DNA of 64,000 bases, taken from contig NMRA01000186.1 of the NCBI GenBank assembly GCA_002633005.1, positions 351,479 through 415,478 on the forward strand, written 5' to 3'. The notes under the pieces are model-generated. The model worked only from the letters and a program-made list of their open reading frames with translations, was not told the origin of the DNA and did no database searches. This document shows positions 1 through 11,347 of this stretch, in pieces; positions within the stretch are counted from its first letter, which is position 1, and every line of letters starts with the position of its first letter. The translations under genes were made by a program, and so were the position numbers. Source of the stretch: Phoronis australis (taxonomy: Eukaryota > Animalia > Phoronida).

Positions 1-1285
1 ATCTCAATGATGGCTCTATGAATACGATGCATTAATTTGTTGCGCTATTCATTTTAAATGTTCATATAAATTGGCCATGTTTCATTCAGCAATCGCTCTC
101 TAATGATTTAGGTTCTACAAACCGAGAACTAATTTTCACATAGATGTCTATCCCAGTGAACGTGGTTAAGAATTCGCAACGTGTCAAAAGTAAACAAAAT
201 TAAAATATAGTGCGCCATGAAATATTGCGTCACCTATTAAGCAGCTACTTTTACGCCGATTCTTCAATCAACTGTTCTTCTTTCACGAGTTTGCGTACAT
301 GTCACAGCAAATTATCGGGACTGGTTTCATTTAGTTAACTGTTTTTAGCATTTTAATTCCTGCAAAGAGAATTTCAGAACAAATTTTGCTGCTGTCAGGC
401 TGCCATCATCTCCTGAGAGATGTCGCAAATTTTTAGGAAATGGCGCGTGTGTGCCGGTTGGCATGAGCGTACTATTTCGAGACGATGCAACGGGCAAGGT
501 GTCGGTTGACTCCCAGATATTGCATGCACCACCGCTCATCGTTAGCTTAATGTTTTGAAGTACATTTCACGACGAGGCCTAGATTACATTATTTTAGCAT
601 GGGAACAATGCATACGAGCGTTTTCGATGACTGTCAATGAAAAACTCCTATTTGCGATTAAAAAGCTAAGCGAGAACTTCTATCGATACGTCGTCATTTT
701 GTAGAGGCTCGCGAACGCACAGCCTCTTTGCAAAGCGAGTACGTATTTCAAATTAAAATAGAATAGTGGTAATCTAATCAAAATACATTAGTCATAGTGT
801 GTTTACGAGACTGGAGGGTAGGCTGACGCTTCCACACATAAAATCGGCTTGAGCGACGAAAACGAGGTTGGGATCATTTTTCGTTAAAGTGCTTAGCGCC
901 TTTTTACCAAGACACACCTTGTATAACGTCTGGTTAGGCTATTTTGAAAGCCAGAGAGTGAACGCGAGCGTTTCCTATGACTGTCGATCAGAAACTTTCC
1001 TATATTGTGACTGAAATTTTGAAATAAGCGAAACTTTTTGCTGAAGTGTCGACATTTTATCACCGACCAAAATTTTCGTTAGTGTCGAAAGAGGACGATG
1101 CAAAGGAATGTAAAATCCTGTAGGTTGACTCTCGGATTTTGGATGCACCCCAACCCGTCCGGTGGTTAGCTACAAATGTTGATATATGATTCGAAGTGCA
1201 ACAACACTAAGCGTGATCCGGCAAGCCTTGCACTCAGGCTATAGATCGCATTATGACTTGGTCATTTTCATTCTTTATCATGCCA

Positions 1286-2203
1286 CTACTTGACATTACA
1301 ACCAAAAACTGACGAACCTTGAGACAGAATTTTCGACTTTTCAATTCTAAATAGTGCTTCTGGACGATGTGGTAGAGTTAGTCCAACCATTGACGGTATC
1401 GTGTCCAGTTGCCAAGTTCGACTTACACCACCGTCTTTCAATGCCCCAGCTTCTAGTTCCGGCGACGATTCCGTGCAGAAGTCTGATCCTACGTTCACGA
1501 GATTACCATTCTCATTGAAATGACTACATACTTTTAGTGGAAGAGCTGTATCCACGCGGCATATGAAACTGATTTGTGAAGAGATGTGAGAAAATACTTT
1601 GAACATGTTCTGGTGTGGTAAACCGTCCACTTTGAATAATCCATCAACACCAACATTTCTCAATGCCTCAATCATCTCTGCACTTAAGTAAACTTTATAC
1701 GGCTGAAAATGCAATAAAAACCGCAGAACTCTGACGCCTTTAATTTGAAGTCCATCTATTCTACGTTTCTCAGCAGCAATCTGACTAACATTTAAACTCG
1801 GTGGTCCAACAGTCACTAAAAAGAAAACCCTTTTGCCAGCTTGCATTCGAAAGAGAACAGATTCTCTAAAGTGTTTTAACGCTCCCAAAACATTAGTCTC
1901 ATTCGAAGCTTCACGCGTAATCTGGAGAAAACTGTCCATGGTGTTTTTAAGTTCGTAATGAAGCTTAATAGAAGTGATCTCTCGGAAATCTCCATTAAGA
2001 GTATACACAGCAAAACGCGTTCCCCGATCACCAATGTCCATTGCAAATCTACCAATAGCGGACTTCAGCGCCTCCCAATCTTTGTTACTCCAGGAGTACG
2101 TGCATTCAATAAAAAGTGCCCAGTCAGCTGGGCATGACCAAACAGTGAACGACTTGCAGGCACAAATAATAAAAAACGTACATGATCCTACGTGACAGAA
2201 CAT
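1286..2203 (-). CDS. Single-exon secreted-type protein with a divergent von Willebrand factor A (VWA) domain, 305 aa
   Basis: Open 918-nt ORF with a hydrophobic/Cys-rich N-terminus. It has VWA-like spacing: CPADWALFIECTYSW (beta-A, MIDAS position), WEALKSAIGRFA, GTRFAVYTL, TNVLGALKHF and RVFFLVTVGPP (TDG position), closing at a Cys in SFICR. A TATATA element lies about 60 nt upstream on the minus strand (2265-2270). Confidence 0.75.
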   Translation of the reverse strand: MFCHVGSCTFFIICACKSFTVWSCPADWALFIECTYSWSNKDWEALKSAIGRFAMDIGDRGTRFAVYTLNGDFREITSIKLHYELKNTMDSFLQITREASNETNVLGALKHFRESVLFRMQAGKRVFFLVTVGPPSLNVSQIAAEKRRIDGLQIKGVRVLRFLLHFQPYKVYLSAEMIEALRNVGVDGLFKVDGLPHQNMFKVFSHISSQISFICRVDTALPLKVCSHFNENGNLVNVGSDFCTESSPELEAGALKDGGVSRTWQLDTIPSMVGLTLPHRPEALFRIEKSKILSQGSSVFGCNVK

Positions 2204-2337
2204 GCTATGGACTGACAGTGAATGCTAGAAGCTCGTGGTATGAAATAACGCGCCGTTTCAATCATATATAAAAGTTAATGCTCGCATTCGCTTTAGAAAA
2301 AAAGGAACAACTTGAAATTAACCATGTTACAAAGTAT

Positions 2338-3453
2338 CACAGGCGCTTGGGTTTATTGCAAATGACGTCACTCAATAATATATATAAGAAAACTTAAAGG
2401 TTGGACACTTAAACTTTGCCAAGCCGAGGCTCCCAACTTCAACCGTCCAAAATCCAAATAAAATCTGCGTGCACCTCCCTCAGTCTGGTGTTGCATAAAC
2501 CTTCGAAGCCTTATCTTTCCTAGATCCCATTAACTGTCTTCGTGAGTGGTGAATTGGCGATGGAATTTCCAAAACAATCTCAAAACTCTGAATTCAAGGA
2601 CCTGAAATAGTAAACATGGCGGATTTCAGTTGTGCTTCAACTTGTACGCCTGTCGTAGGTGAAACTTCGAGTTTGAGCAAGCAACCTATATTTCAAATTC
2701 AATAATTCTAATCCAAAACTCAACTAATTGAGAATGTTAAAGTTAGTATTTTAATGATTATTTGTAACTTTATTCCACTGACGGCTCATTTTAGCCCTTA
2801 ACTTAGAATTTTATTGCATAAACTGGCGTATCTTGTTTTTCATCTTGACATCACGCACTTTTTTGATTGAAGCACAACACACACTCGGCCAGGAAACGCA
2901 GTCCGTGCAAGTATTACAATGCGCGTGGCCGACGAGTTAACTCAATGGTTTTGGCCAAAAGTAAAACCTTCATAAGAAATCACAGTACACAAAAAACTTC
3001 GCATATCAATACAGTATCAGGATAATTTATATTTGACACAAATATGTGAGTAATTACATTTATTTGGCAATAAAGTGCTCTCTGCTTCTCATGATCAAGT
3101 AGTCGATGGATTGACGGCGAAAGCCGCGCGAAATTAGACTTTCGGATTTAGCTCGGGAGCGTCTGTCAAAACCCGGATGTGCGAAGACCGTCTGCCATGA
3201 CATCACGGAATTAGGTCCTTGAATTTGTGATTTTGGCATTCTTTTGGCATTTTTGTCGCCAAACTACCACTTGAAGGCAATTGGAAGAGATCGAATGAAA
3301 GAAAGTATTCTAAGAGTTGTTCGATGCTAGTTTCGTGGAGTTCCATGCACATTTGAGTAGAAAATTCTGAGCAAACAGATTTCGAGTGTCCAACCTTTAT
3401 GTTTTCTTATATATTATGAGTGACGTCATTTGCGACAAACCCAAGCGCCTGTG
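2338..3453. mobile_element. Non-autonomous DNA transposon (MITE-like) with ~70-bp TIRs and a perfect 8-bp TSD (hAT- or P-like)
   Basis: The left end CACAGGCGCTTGGGTTTATTGCAAATGACGTCACTCA...AAAGGTTGGACACT is the reverse complement of the right end (...AGTGTCCAACCTTT...TGACGTCATTTGCGACAAACCCAAGCGCCTGTG). CAAAGTAT flanks both sides (2330-2337, 3454-3461). No transposase ORF. Confidence 0.92.
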
Positions 3454-4017
3454 CAAAGTATTTAGTTACAGGTAGACAATAGCTAATAGCATTTACTGTT
3501 AAAGAGTTCCCATAATGCATTTTCTTAGTTTTTGAAGTTTCAGTTAGCTAATATGAAACGAATACTATTAAATCTTTTTAAATAAGCAGTTTTCATGTCA
3601 AATATTCGCAATATTTTAATTTTGAAAAAAAGTTAGTTATTTCCAAGTTTCCCGCCAAATGATATAATGGATGGAAGACATTTGCTAAGAACTAGACAAT
3701 TATTATGCAGACAGAGAGAAGAGTGGATACGGGCATCACACTCAAGTACATGTACTTGAAGAATCAGACAATGAATTCAATTTCTCACTCAGAGAACTTT
3801 TATCGGCTTTGAAGCCACATGATTTCGATCCACTTGCACGAGAAATGTTGCAGACATATGTGAGCCACAACTAACTGAAAAGGAAAGAAACAATGTTCCG
3901 ACAACGTTCGGATCTAGGATGTCGCAAGGTGATAACCGTAGCTTTGGAAATCAAATTTTATAGGTACGTCCTCCAAACGGATGTTGGCAGCACTGATTTT
4001 CATTTTCTCGTTTGCCA

Positions 4018-4145
4018 TGTTTGACAAGATCCCTCTGACTGGTTGCTGTGTTTGCGGGATCCTTGTGCCCCATTGCAATGTTAAGCGGGATCCCTGTGGT
4101 CGTTTGCTACATGTATGTTTGGCGAGATCCCTGCACCCTGTTGGC
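4018..4145. repeat. Degenerate ~30-bp minisatellite, about 4 units
   Basis: Recurring TGTTTG(G)CGGGATCCCTGTG...TTGC-like core with a GATCC motif about every 30-40 nt. Confidence 0.55.
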
Positions 4146-6239
4146 TAGTGTCCTGTAAAAACGTTATGGCTACTTACAGGATACTACTGATTTCTCAATT
4201 GAATCACAAGCATCAAAGAGCTGGTTCCACCAGTTTCATTACAGCAAACCAATCACTGAGCTCAAGAGGTAGTTGAAAGTACCGAGACAACCCAACGAAA
4301 ATTTTCTGATTTGGAATTCTGTTGTTTTGAGCAAAGAAACTCGCCAGGATTGACGCCCTGTTGAGACTTCACATTGATTAATATATATCATGAAACCTGT
4401 GAAAGAAGTAGATTAATTTTCGATCTGAGTTTTGGTTTTATCTGTACTTTATTTGGTACGATCCGGTTCTTACGGCTGTGAACACCATGTTCCACCAAGC
4501 CTAGGGAGGACATATCGAACGCAACCATCTACTGAGACAGTTCCTCGTCAAAGTTTGGATTCGCCCATGCCTTTAATGATGGCACCCTTCATATAGTATC
4601 GCGTAGTACCCCATGCATACAAGAGCACATACATACATGTACAATGAAGCAAAAGCTAATTGCTTTTAGGGAGCGAAAGATGACTGTGTGTGCTATCACA
4701 ATACGACACACATATCGCTATAAACTCGACGCGTATGGGCGATAATACTGCCGGGTGCGACAACACCCCACTCCAACGCCCCTCCGCTATTAATGAAACT
4801 GGTTTGTGATAAGAAAAGGAAATACATCATTTTGCTAGTGTCAACAAATACCGCAACACTGTGCCGATTATCAGAAATTTCCAAAGAATGGCCTAGATCA
4901 GAAATAACAATGTTGACTAAATGGCAATAACTGAAGCGAAAGGAGTATCTTTAAAGAATGTCATGCATAAAGCGCAGAATGTTGTCACGGAATGTGTTTA
5001 TGGCGGATACGTTATGTCGTGAAAACGAGGAAAGAAATAGATTGGGAAGCTACATTTCCTTCAATTACATGTCCGACGAGATGACACGAGATTAAGTGCG
5101 CTAGTTTGATACCTTTGACAGGAAGTTGTGGCAGCTTGAGCACCTACCGCGCACGCTAGCGATCGTCAGGAGATTGCAAACCGCGAAAGCGTTCCGATTT
5201 AGCATCCGTAATAGCGCGGAATCTCAATCTGTTTTCGTGCTGCGCAGTTTCTTTGAGGTGTTAAGTGAAGCTGTGGGGTAGGGAATCTTTAACGCCTCGT
5301 TTTGCACTTACTTTTATACAATTATCAACTTAGGTCAAAACGTTGTTTTTTCGGACCCCAAATTGAGATAGTGACGTGAATATGGAAAACAACAGAACAC
5401 TATCACTAACTTTTTGCTCTTGCAAGTCTGACGAGCTGAAGAGGGGGTGCGTGAAGTATTTAGTAAAAATACATCACCAACTTGTCCTCTCGTCAGCCGC
5501 TTTGCACTTCCAACTTGAAAATGAAAACCAGGATAACGCCGTACTCCGGGATAGGTTAATCATTGTACTGTTCGGACGATGATCGAAACAATAACACTTA
5601 AAGGGGTGCTTAGGCGTGAATGTGGAGTTTTTACGGGGTGCTTTTATTTACATGGTTGACGGGATTAAAAAGTTCATACATGTCAATCCTAAATGACCAG
5701 TGGTCAGTGACGTGCACTGAATTATTTGGCATTAGTATTCTTGTGAAAGACCTCCTCGAACGTTTGAGCTAATTCGAATTAGATTCCTGCGAACCTTTCC
5801 TATGTCATTTTAAACCCTTTTTGGCCGGTACCTCTAATATCTAATTTAGCTTTCAACAGCATTCCGTGGTGACATTTTGGAAATTTCTGTCGGGTCCAGC
5901 CCAGCGTGTAAATTTGCCTGTCGCCATTGTGTAAGTTTTCTGTCTGGATATGCATGTACAGATTAAATCAATTTGTTCTCTGCTTTCTGTAATTTCCCAC
6001 GATATTAACTTTACTACGGTTGTCAATGACAATGTTATTGTAAAATAAGAGGAAACAGACATGTCTAATCTTGAGAGTCTGCTCATAAATGCTGAAGCTG
6101 TATTTGTATTCGATCACAATTGGTTGATCGTCAGGCCTCAGCAGAATTTATAACTTCTTTTCGAAAGACCTTTCATTATTTTTGTCCGATGTTTTAATAA
6201 TAGATTCTATTTAAGCGGTAAGTCTAAAAGTAAAATGAG

Positions 6240-6960
6240 ACCCAAGGAATACTTCCCCTTCTGCCAAAGAGCAATTAGCCTAGAAAACGTCTTACCAACT
6301 GGCGTCCTAGTTCACTTTTAAATGCATGTCAAACTTTTGTCTGGATGCCCTGCACCGCGGTCATGGGATTGTTAATCCCCAATTATCAGACACATTAAGG
6401 GTAGATATAGTGAGCACAGTATCAGTAGTATCCATGATTTAATGCAGCATGCCGAAGAAGCTAAGATCCATAGTCTAGTTGTTCTATTGGACTTTGATAA
6501 GCATTCGACTCAGTCTCTTCTCAGAAGTTTATGCATGAATATCGTATCTTTTTAAATTGTGGATAACGCGAGTACTTGGAAATCGGACGTGGAAGTCGAC
6601 AGGGTGACCAGACCTCACAATACTTATCCATAATGTGTGCTGAAATGATGGGCGTGATGTTTAGTCGAAGAGATAAAAAGGCATTTGCATTGGTACCAGA
6701 TCCTATGATACCATGCAGTATGCAGACTAAACAGTCATAAGCCTTGATGGATCTATCGAATCTCTCAAGATGCTTCTGATTTTCCAGACAGTTTCTACAA
6801 ATTCCCTGGGTTGAATCTTAATTGATAAAAACTGAATGCGTGTCATAGGTACTAGGAAATTTAGTGATTTATATCTAAGTTATAAAAAAATCTAAAGTGA
6901 ACAAAATTCAATTCAAGGCCTTTGGAATAAGATTTAATCTTGACCTATCTGAAATAATGT
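6240..6960 (+). mobile_element. Highly decayed L1/Tx1-like LINE reverse transcriptase fragment
   Basis: Broken motifs in the right order: TGGCGTCCT..TCACTTTTAAAT (WRP.SLLN), CTATTGGACTTTGATAAGCATTCGACTCA (LLDFDKAFDS), CAGTATGCAGAC (QYAD) and CTGGGTTGAATCTTAATTGATAAAACTGAA (SGL.LN..KTE). Many stops and frameshifts. Confidence 0.7.
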
Positions 6961-7479
6961 TTAGCTGAGTTCTGAAGAATTTTTGTTTAAACTCCATCTT
7001 CAGTTGGGTAATTCGGTGCTTAGTCAGGCACGAATCATCGTTTTCTAAAACTGATTTAAAATCAGTTTAGACCGATAGCTTGAATTTCGAATCCAGCTCA
7101 ACTCTAAACAACATTCCGTGGAGGACAACCCAGATTGTACTTTGTTCGTCATGGTGACCAGTGTTATGTACACTAGCATACAGAATTGTTTTTGTGGTGC
7201 CCAGAATGTTTGAGGTACCTCAAAATTTCGGATGACAGCTTGTGTTAAGAATCGTCTTATCAGCAGCCATACGATTTGGTTTATGACTCTACTTTACATA
7301 TTTGGTCAAATACATGCACAACTAAAACAAATTTACGTAATTGGTAAACTATGCAAGTGAGTAACCTGACAACTAGCTGCATGGCGACTAACATCAAAAA
7401 AGCTGTGCAGAAGGTGACTTTATCCGTACAGTCACAAGCCGAGCACTTAAAGCCGGTGCCCCCATATTGAAAATCAATT

Positions 7480-8075
7480 TCTGTCACAATCCCACATACC
7501 TTGCGTACAAAGATGGGTTTTACTGAAAATAACATGGTGCAGCGATGGGGCCACCTAATGGTCCCATAGTAGCCAATCTGTATATGGAAACGTTTGAGCG
7601 CAAGGCTATTGAAGAGGCTCCTACGCAAAATCTTACAGTAGATGTTACGTGGGTGACACCTTTGTACGCATTAAGGAATGTTTTGTTGAAAAATTCAAAA
7701 GATCACATTAACAATGCTGATCATAACATTCATCATAGAGCACCCTATTGATGGTCACTTAACTTTCTTCCGTATACACTTGCATCAACATCAAAGATGA
7801 CGGTAGTGTCAAGATTACTATCTACCAAAAATCCACAGAATCTAATCAAAATTTGAATTTCGATTCAAATCATCATCTACAGCACAAACGATATGTTTCC
7901 AGAGAAACTCCATCATCGGTTACGGAGTGGGTACCTACCAAAACCAATTAATAACATTGGGAGCTTACCAGTCCACCCTACGGACAAAACATCTAAATTA
8001 AAAAAATGTGGCGTGATCTACGAATTCAACTGTCCGGAATGCCCGGCATATTATATTGGGGAGACTTCGCGTCTT
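7480..8075 (+). mobile_element. Penelope-like retroelement remnant (RT plus GIY-YIG endonuclease)
   Basis: GAAMGPPNGPIVANLYMETFERKA matches the PLE RT motif G.AMGSP.SP..AN.YME. It is followed by IYQKSTESNQ.LNFDSNH and by CGVIYEFNCPECPAYYIGETSR (GIY-YIG with CxxC). Confidence 0.85.
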
Positions 8076-8760
8076 TGTGTGTATATGGACTATAATTCCA
8101 TGTTTATAAGAAGACGGATACATACCTAGCTGAAGAAGTCTGTTAAATAAGTTGGTTAAAGATATAGTAATTTCGTTGACAATCCTTTGGATCATCCTGC
8201 TGGTGATAAATGCTGCGCCATCATTCTTAATAGAGTCAATTTCATGGAGATATTTGCATACGCAGGTTTGAGTAGCCAGGGTATCAGAAATTTGATCGAG
8301 ACATTGCTCATGGAGAAAGGGAAAGTTATCTACATCAGTTGGTGTAATGTGGCTTTTGTTCGCGAAAAAAATGAGGAATAGCTCACACTTGTCAACTCTA
8401 CTTAGGTTGGAAGGTTACTCTTGTGGTTCTAACTGGGTAAGAGGATTGTTGTTGACGGTAGCTCATATTGATGATATCCCAGTATTTTGGAGTTCATGCT
8501 TACACGTACATTGCTTTTTGTGGTGATCGGCTTTGGCTTGATTTACTAAAGTCCCTACCAAGAGTGACTGCTTCAAAGTATCTGTTGTAGACTACAGTGT
8601 TTTATGATTTTCTGAAGGAGCTGTAAAGTCAAGTTCTAGTGCAGATTGTCCGCTTAACATCTCCTAAAGAAGAACTCCTGGTTGTATAACACATAGCACA
8701 TGCACAAAATACAACAGGCCTAATGATCGCTGCTAGCCCAGTACATTTAGACAAAATGTC
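8075..8760 (-). mobile_element. CR1/L2-group LINE ORF2 fragment (EN-RT linker)
   Basis: ITISLTNLFNRLLQLGMYPSSYKHGII resembles the pre-RT motif I..PL..LFN.SL..G..P..WK.A.V. The rest is heavily degenerate. Confidence 0.55.
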
Positions 8761-9439
8761 TCGAGTCATCCCATTCACAATAGCAAGACGTCTTGCAAAC
8801 TGTAGTATGTGGATTCCATGTGTATCGTGTAAACTGGAGTGCTTGGGGTGGAGCATGATGAACTAAACTCGCTTGATCGGGACAGCATGAAACGAGTCGA
8901 CTTACGGTTGCGCACACACCAAGAGAACTGGCTCGAATTTATTTTTTCACAATACAAGGTGTGAGTTTTCAAACCGAAGTTCATAGATTTTCGGCTTGAG
9001 CGCGAGCGCGATCATCTTTGCCACAAGGAGGTCTGGAAGTCTCATAAACATAAATATTTTTGTCCACTGGTCAGATATTGCAAAAATTGATAGGCTGTTA
9101 CACAATTAACGTCGGTCGTTAACAGGTATCAACGTATTCGCAGCAGTCCTTTTATGGACTACCAGTTCACCCAGAAGGGCTGTTAAACTTACAAAAATAT
9201 ATATCGCGCTTCATGCTGGCATTTGCGTAGCCAACACTATAACTTTCCGTTCACACGCACCCTTTTCCGTGTTACTAAAACGCCCGAAAATTTCCGAATA
9301 CACGCCCATGGCGATATCTACGGAAACTCCCGGTAACTCAATCTTATTTCTGGTAAATGACATTCGTTTCCATCTTGCCTTTTCCAAAATTACTGTGCTG
9401 CGTTGACGGCCGGAATCAAATTAGGGATCGCTCAATATG

Positions 9440-9774
9440 TGCCTGAAAACCACGTTCCCACAAATGGTACATCACTGTTTTTGTCCATCGAATGCACTTA
9501 CACGTTGGAGAAACCTTCATCAAATATTCGTTTCTGTGACGGAACGAAGCACGATTTTTTAAAAATGAGCTGCCGCGATCCCACTTTGGCTTCTGAACTG
9601 AGCGCTTGAGTCCACCGTGCACTGCCATACCCTGCGTGTGCGATGCACAAACCCGTGCCATTTCTCAATGATCTTAGGGTCTTTTGGAAACACAAAAACT
9701 GAAATATCGTCTGTCCAAGTGTGATTACTGCGTCCTCCGCCCGCGCACCTTTTCATAACACTCACGTGAGGCAA
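9440..9774 (-). pseudogene. THAP-domain remnant, probably from a DNA transposon
   Basis: MKRCAGGGRSN...ISVFVFPKDPKIIEKWHGFVHRTRRVW follows the THAP pattern C-x4-C-S-N...F-P-K-D-x5-W. The second Cys is mutated and frameshifts follow. Confidence 0.6.
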
Positions 9775-10339
9775 TATTCAACACTCCGACTCACACGCAA
9801 CACAATGGCGGAATATCGGAAAAAGACTTCCACTGATGACATCACACAATTTTAATTTTTTTAACTTTGCGTTTATTTCATATTACAAGTACACAAATTG
9901 AAGAAGAAATACTTAAAATATCATACCAAAATTGTTGGTAAGCGAATTAAAACACTTATGATCATGATGTGAACGATTTGACATGTCATCACTACTGAGT
10001 TTTAGTGGCTTGACAACAGATAACTAAAAGTCATTTTCTGAGTCAGGGCAGCGAACTAAGGATCAAGAAATCTCAGTCTACAATTTCAATAAAGATTTAG
10101 ACATACATTTTATGCCATTCTATATTAAACGATATTGTAGCTTATTGCCAACATGGTACACTAAGCCTTAATTGAAGGCAAAGCTAGTTTTATCTTCAGT
10201 TTGAAATCATGCACTTGTGTTATGTTTACTAATATACTCAAATTGATTAAACAGTTTGGAAAAGAAAGTTCAAGCAACACAACTCTAACGCTTACAATAA
10301 CTAAAATAACAATATAATTCATATAATTAAAAGTGACGT

Positions 10340-10590
10340 TGAAGATGGTGCTGGTGCTGTTGGGACTGTGGCAGTGATGTTACTGGCTGTGATGGTGGTG
10401 GTGGTTTTAGAGGCTGTTTTTAGTAGTGTGGGTGGCAGTGGTGGTGTGGAATGTTAGCGTCTGTGTTGTAGGCGGTGTTACTGGCTATGGTGCGGTGNTG
10501 TTCGTGGTGGAGCGGTGTTCGTGGTGGAGCGGTGTTCGTGGTGTAGCGGTGTTCGTGGTGGAGCGGTGTTCGTGGTTTAGCGCTGGTGTT
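10340..10590. repeat. GT/GGT-rich low-complexity tract with a 17-bp minisatellite (TTCGTGGTGGAGCGGTG, about 4.5 units, ~10499-10577)
   Basis: Tandem units read directly; one ambiguous base (n) at 10498. Confidence 0.85.
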
Positions 10591-11347
10591 GTAGCATGTA
10601 GCATAGGTTTACTGATGACTGCTGTTTAGTGTGTTGGGCACCAAAAATGAAACAAGTGTTCTTCCAATAAAACCCCTTCACATAGGTACTGTTCAATCCC
10701 AAGGTTACAGGAGTCCACACTGGGCTGAACATCATTAAGAGTGACCGCTCTTCAGCGGGAAGGTTTAGTTTTTACCGGTAATTCTGTCTATAAAAATTTA
10801 ATCATTCAATCTGAAAACTTCAACATTGATCGCGAATATGACCTGTTCACCTTACGAGCAAACAAAGCAATGTTTGTACGATTGATACCCTATGCTGTGT
10901 CCTCAATGATTTACGTATGGCGACTCACCAGAACGTGCGTGTGTACGCATCTTACGTCAGCAACATACTAGTATTAACCGTCTTTAGTTAAATTTGAGTT
11001 AATGACCCAAATACATGTCCATCTCCTTATTTAAGGTTGTTGTAAGCACTACGCATTCTGCTGGTTGAGCCTATAACGCGCATTCTCACCTGAATACTTA
11101 CAACTCAAGGGTCTAATGCAAAATGATCAACTACAATCACTAAGGATAATTTTATGCTTGTAAGACTTGATTAGCATCCAGAATAGCACATCGACAGTTC
11201 AACAGCTATACATTCTTACTTTTTATTTTAGATGAGCTAAATACAAACACTTTAGTGTTATCAGTTACTTTTTGAGTGAAATTTGTATGTCCGTCTTAGA
11301 ACTGACTGACAATTAATTTATCAATCCGTAGGACTATCTTTCACCTC

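Noticed and set aside
4018-4145. CRISPR-like repeat-spacer pattern (also considered for 34499-34648 and 48290-48480)
   Set aside because: Repeats are short and degenerate, spacers are related or irregular, there are no cas genes and the context is eukaryotic.
10426-10629. Val-rich ORF or mucin-like exon
   Set aside because: The 17-bp unit is not a multiple of 3; this is a low-complexity repeat with no splice support.
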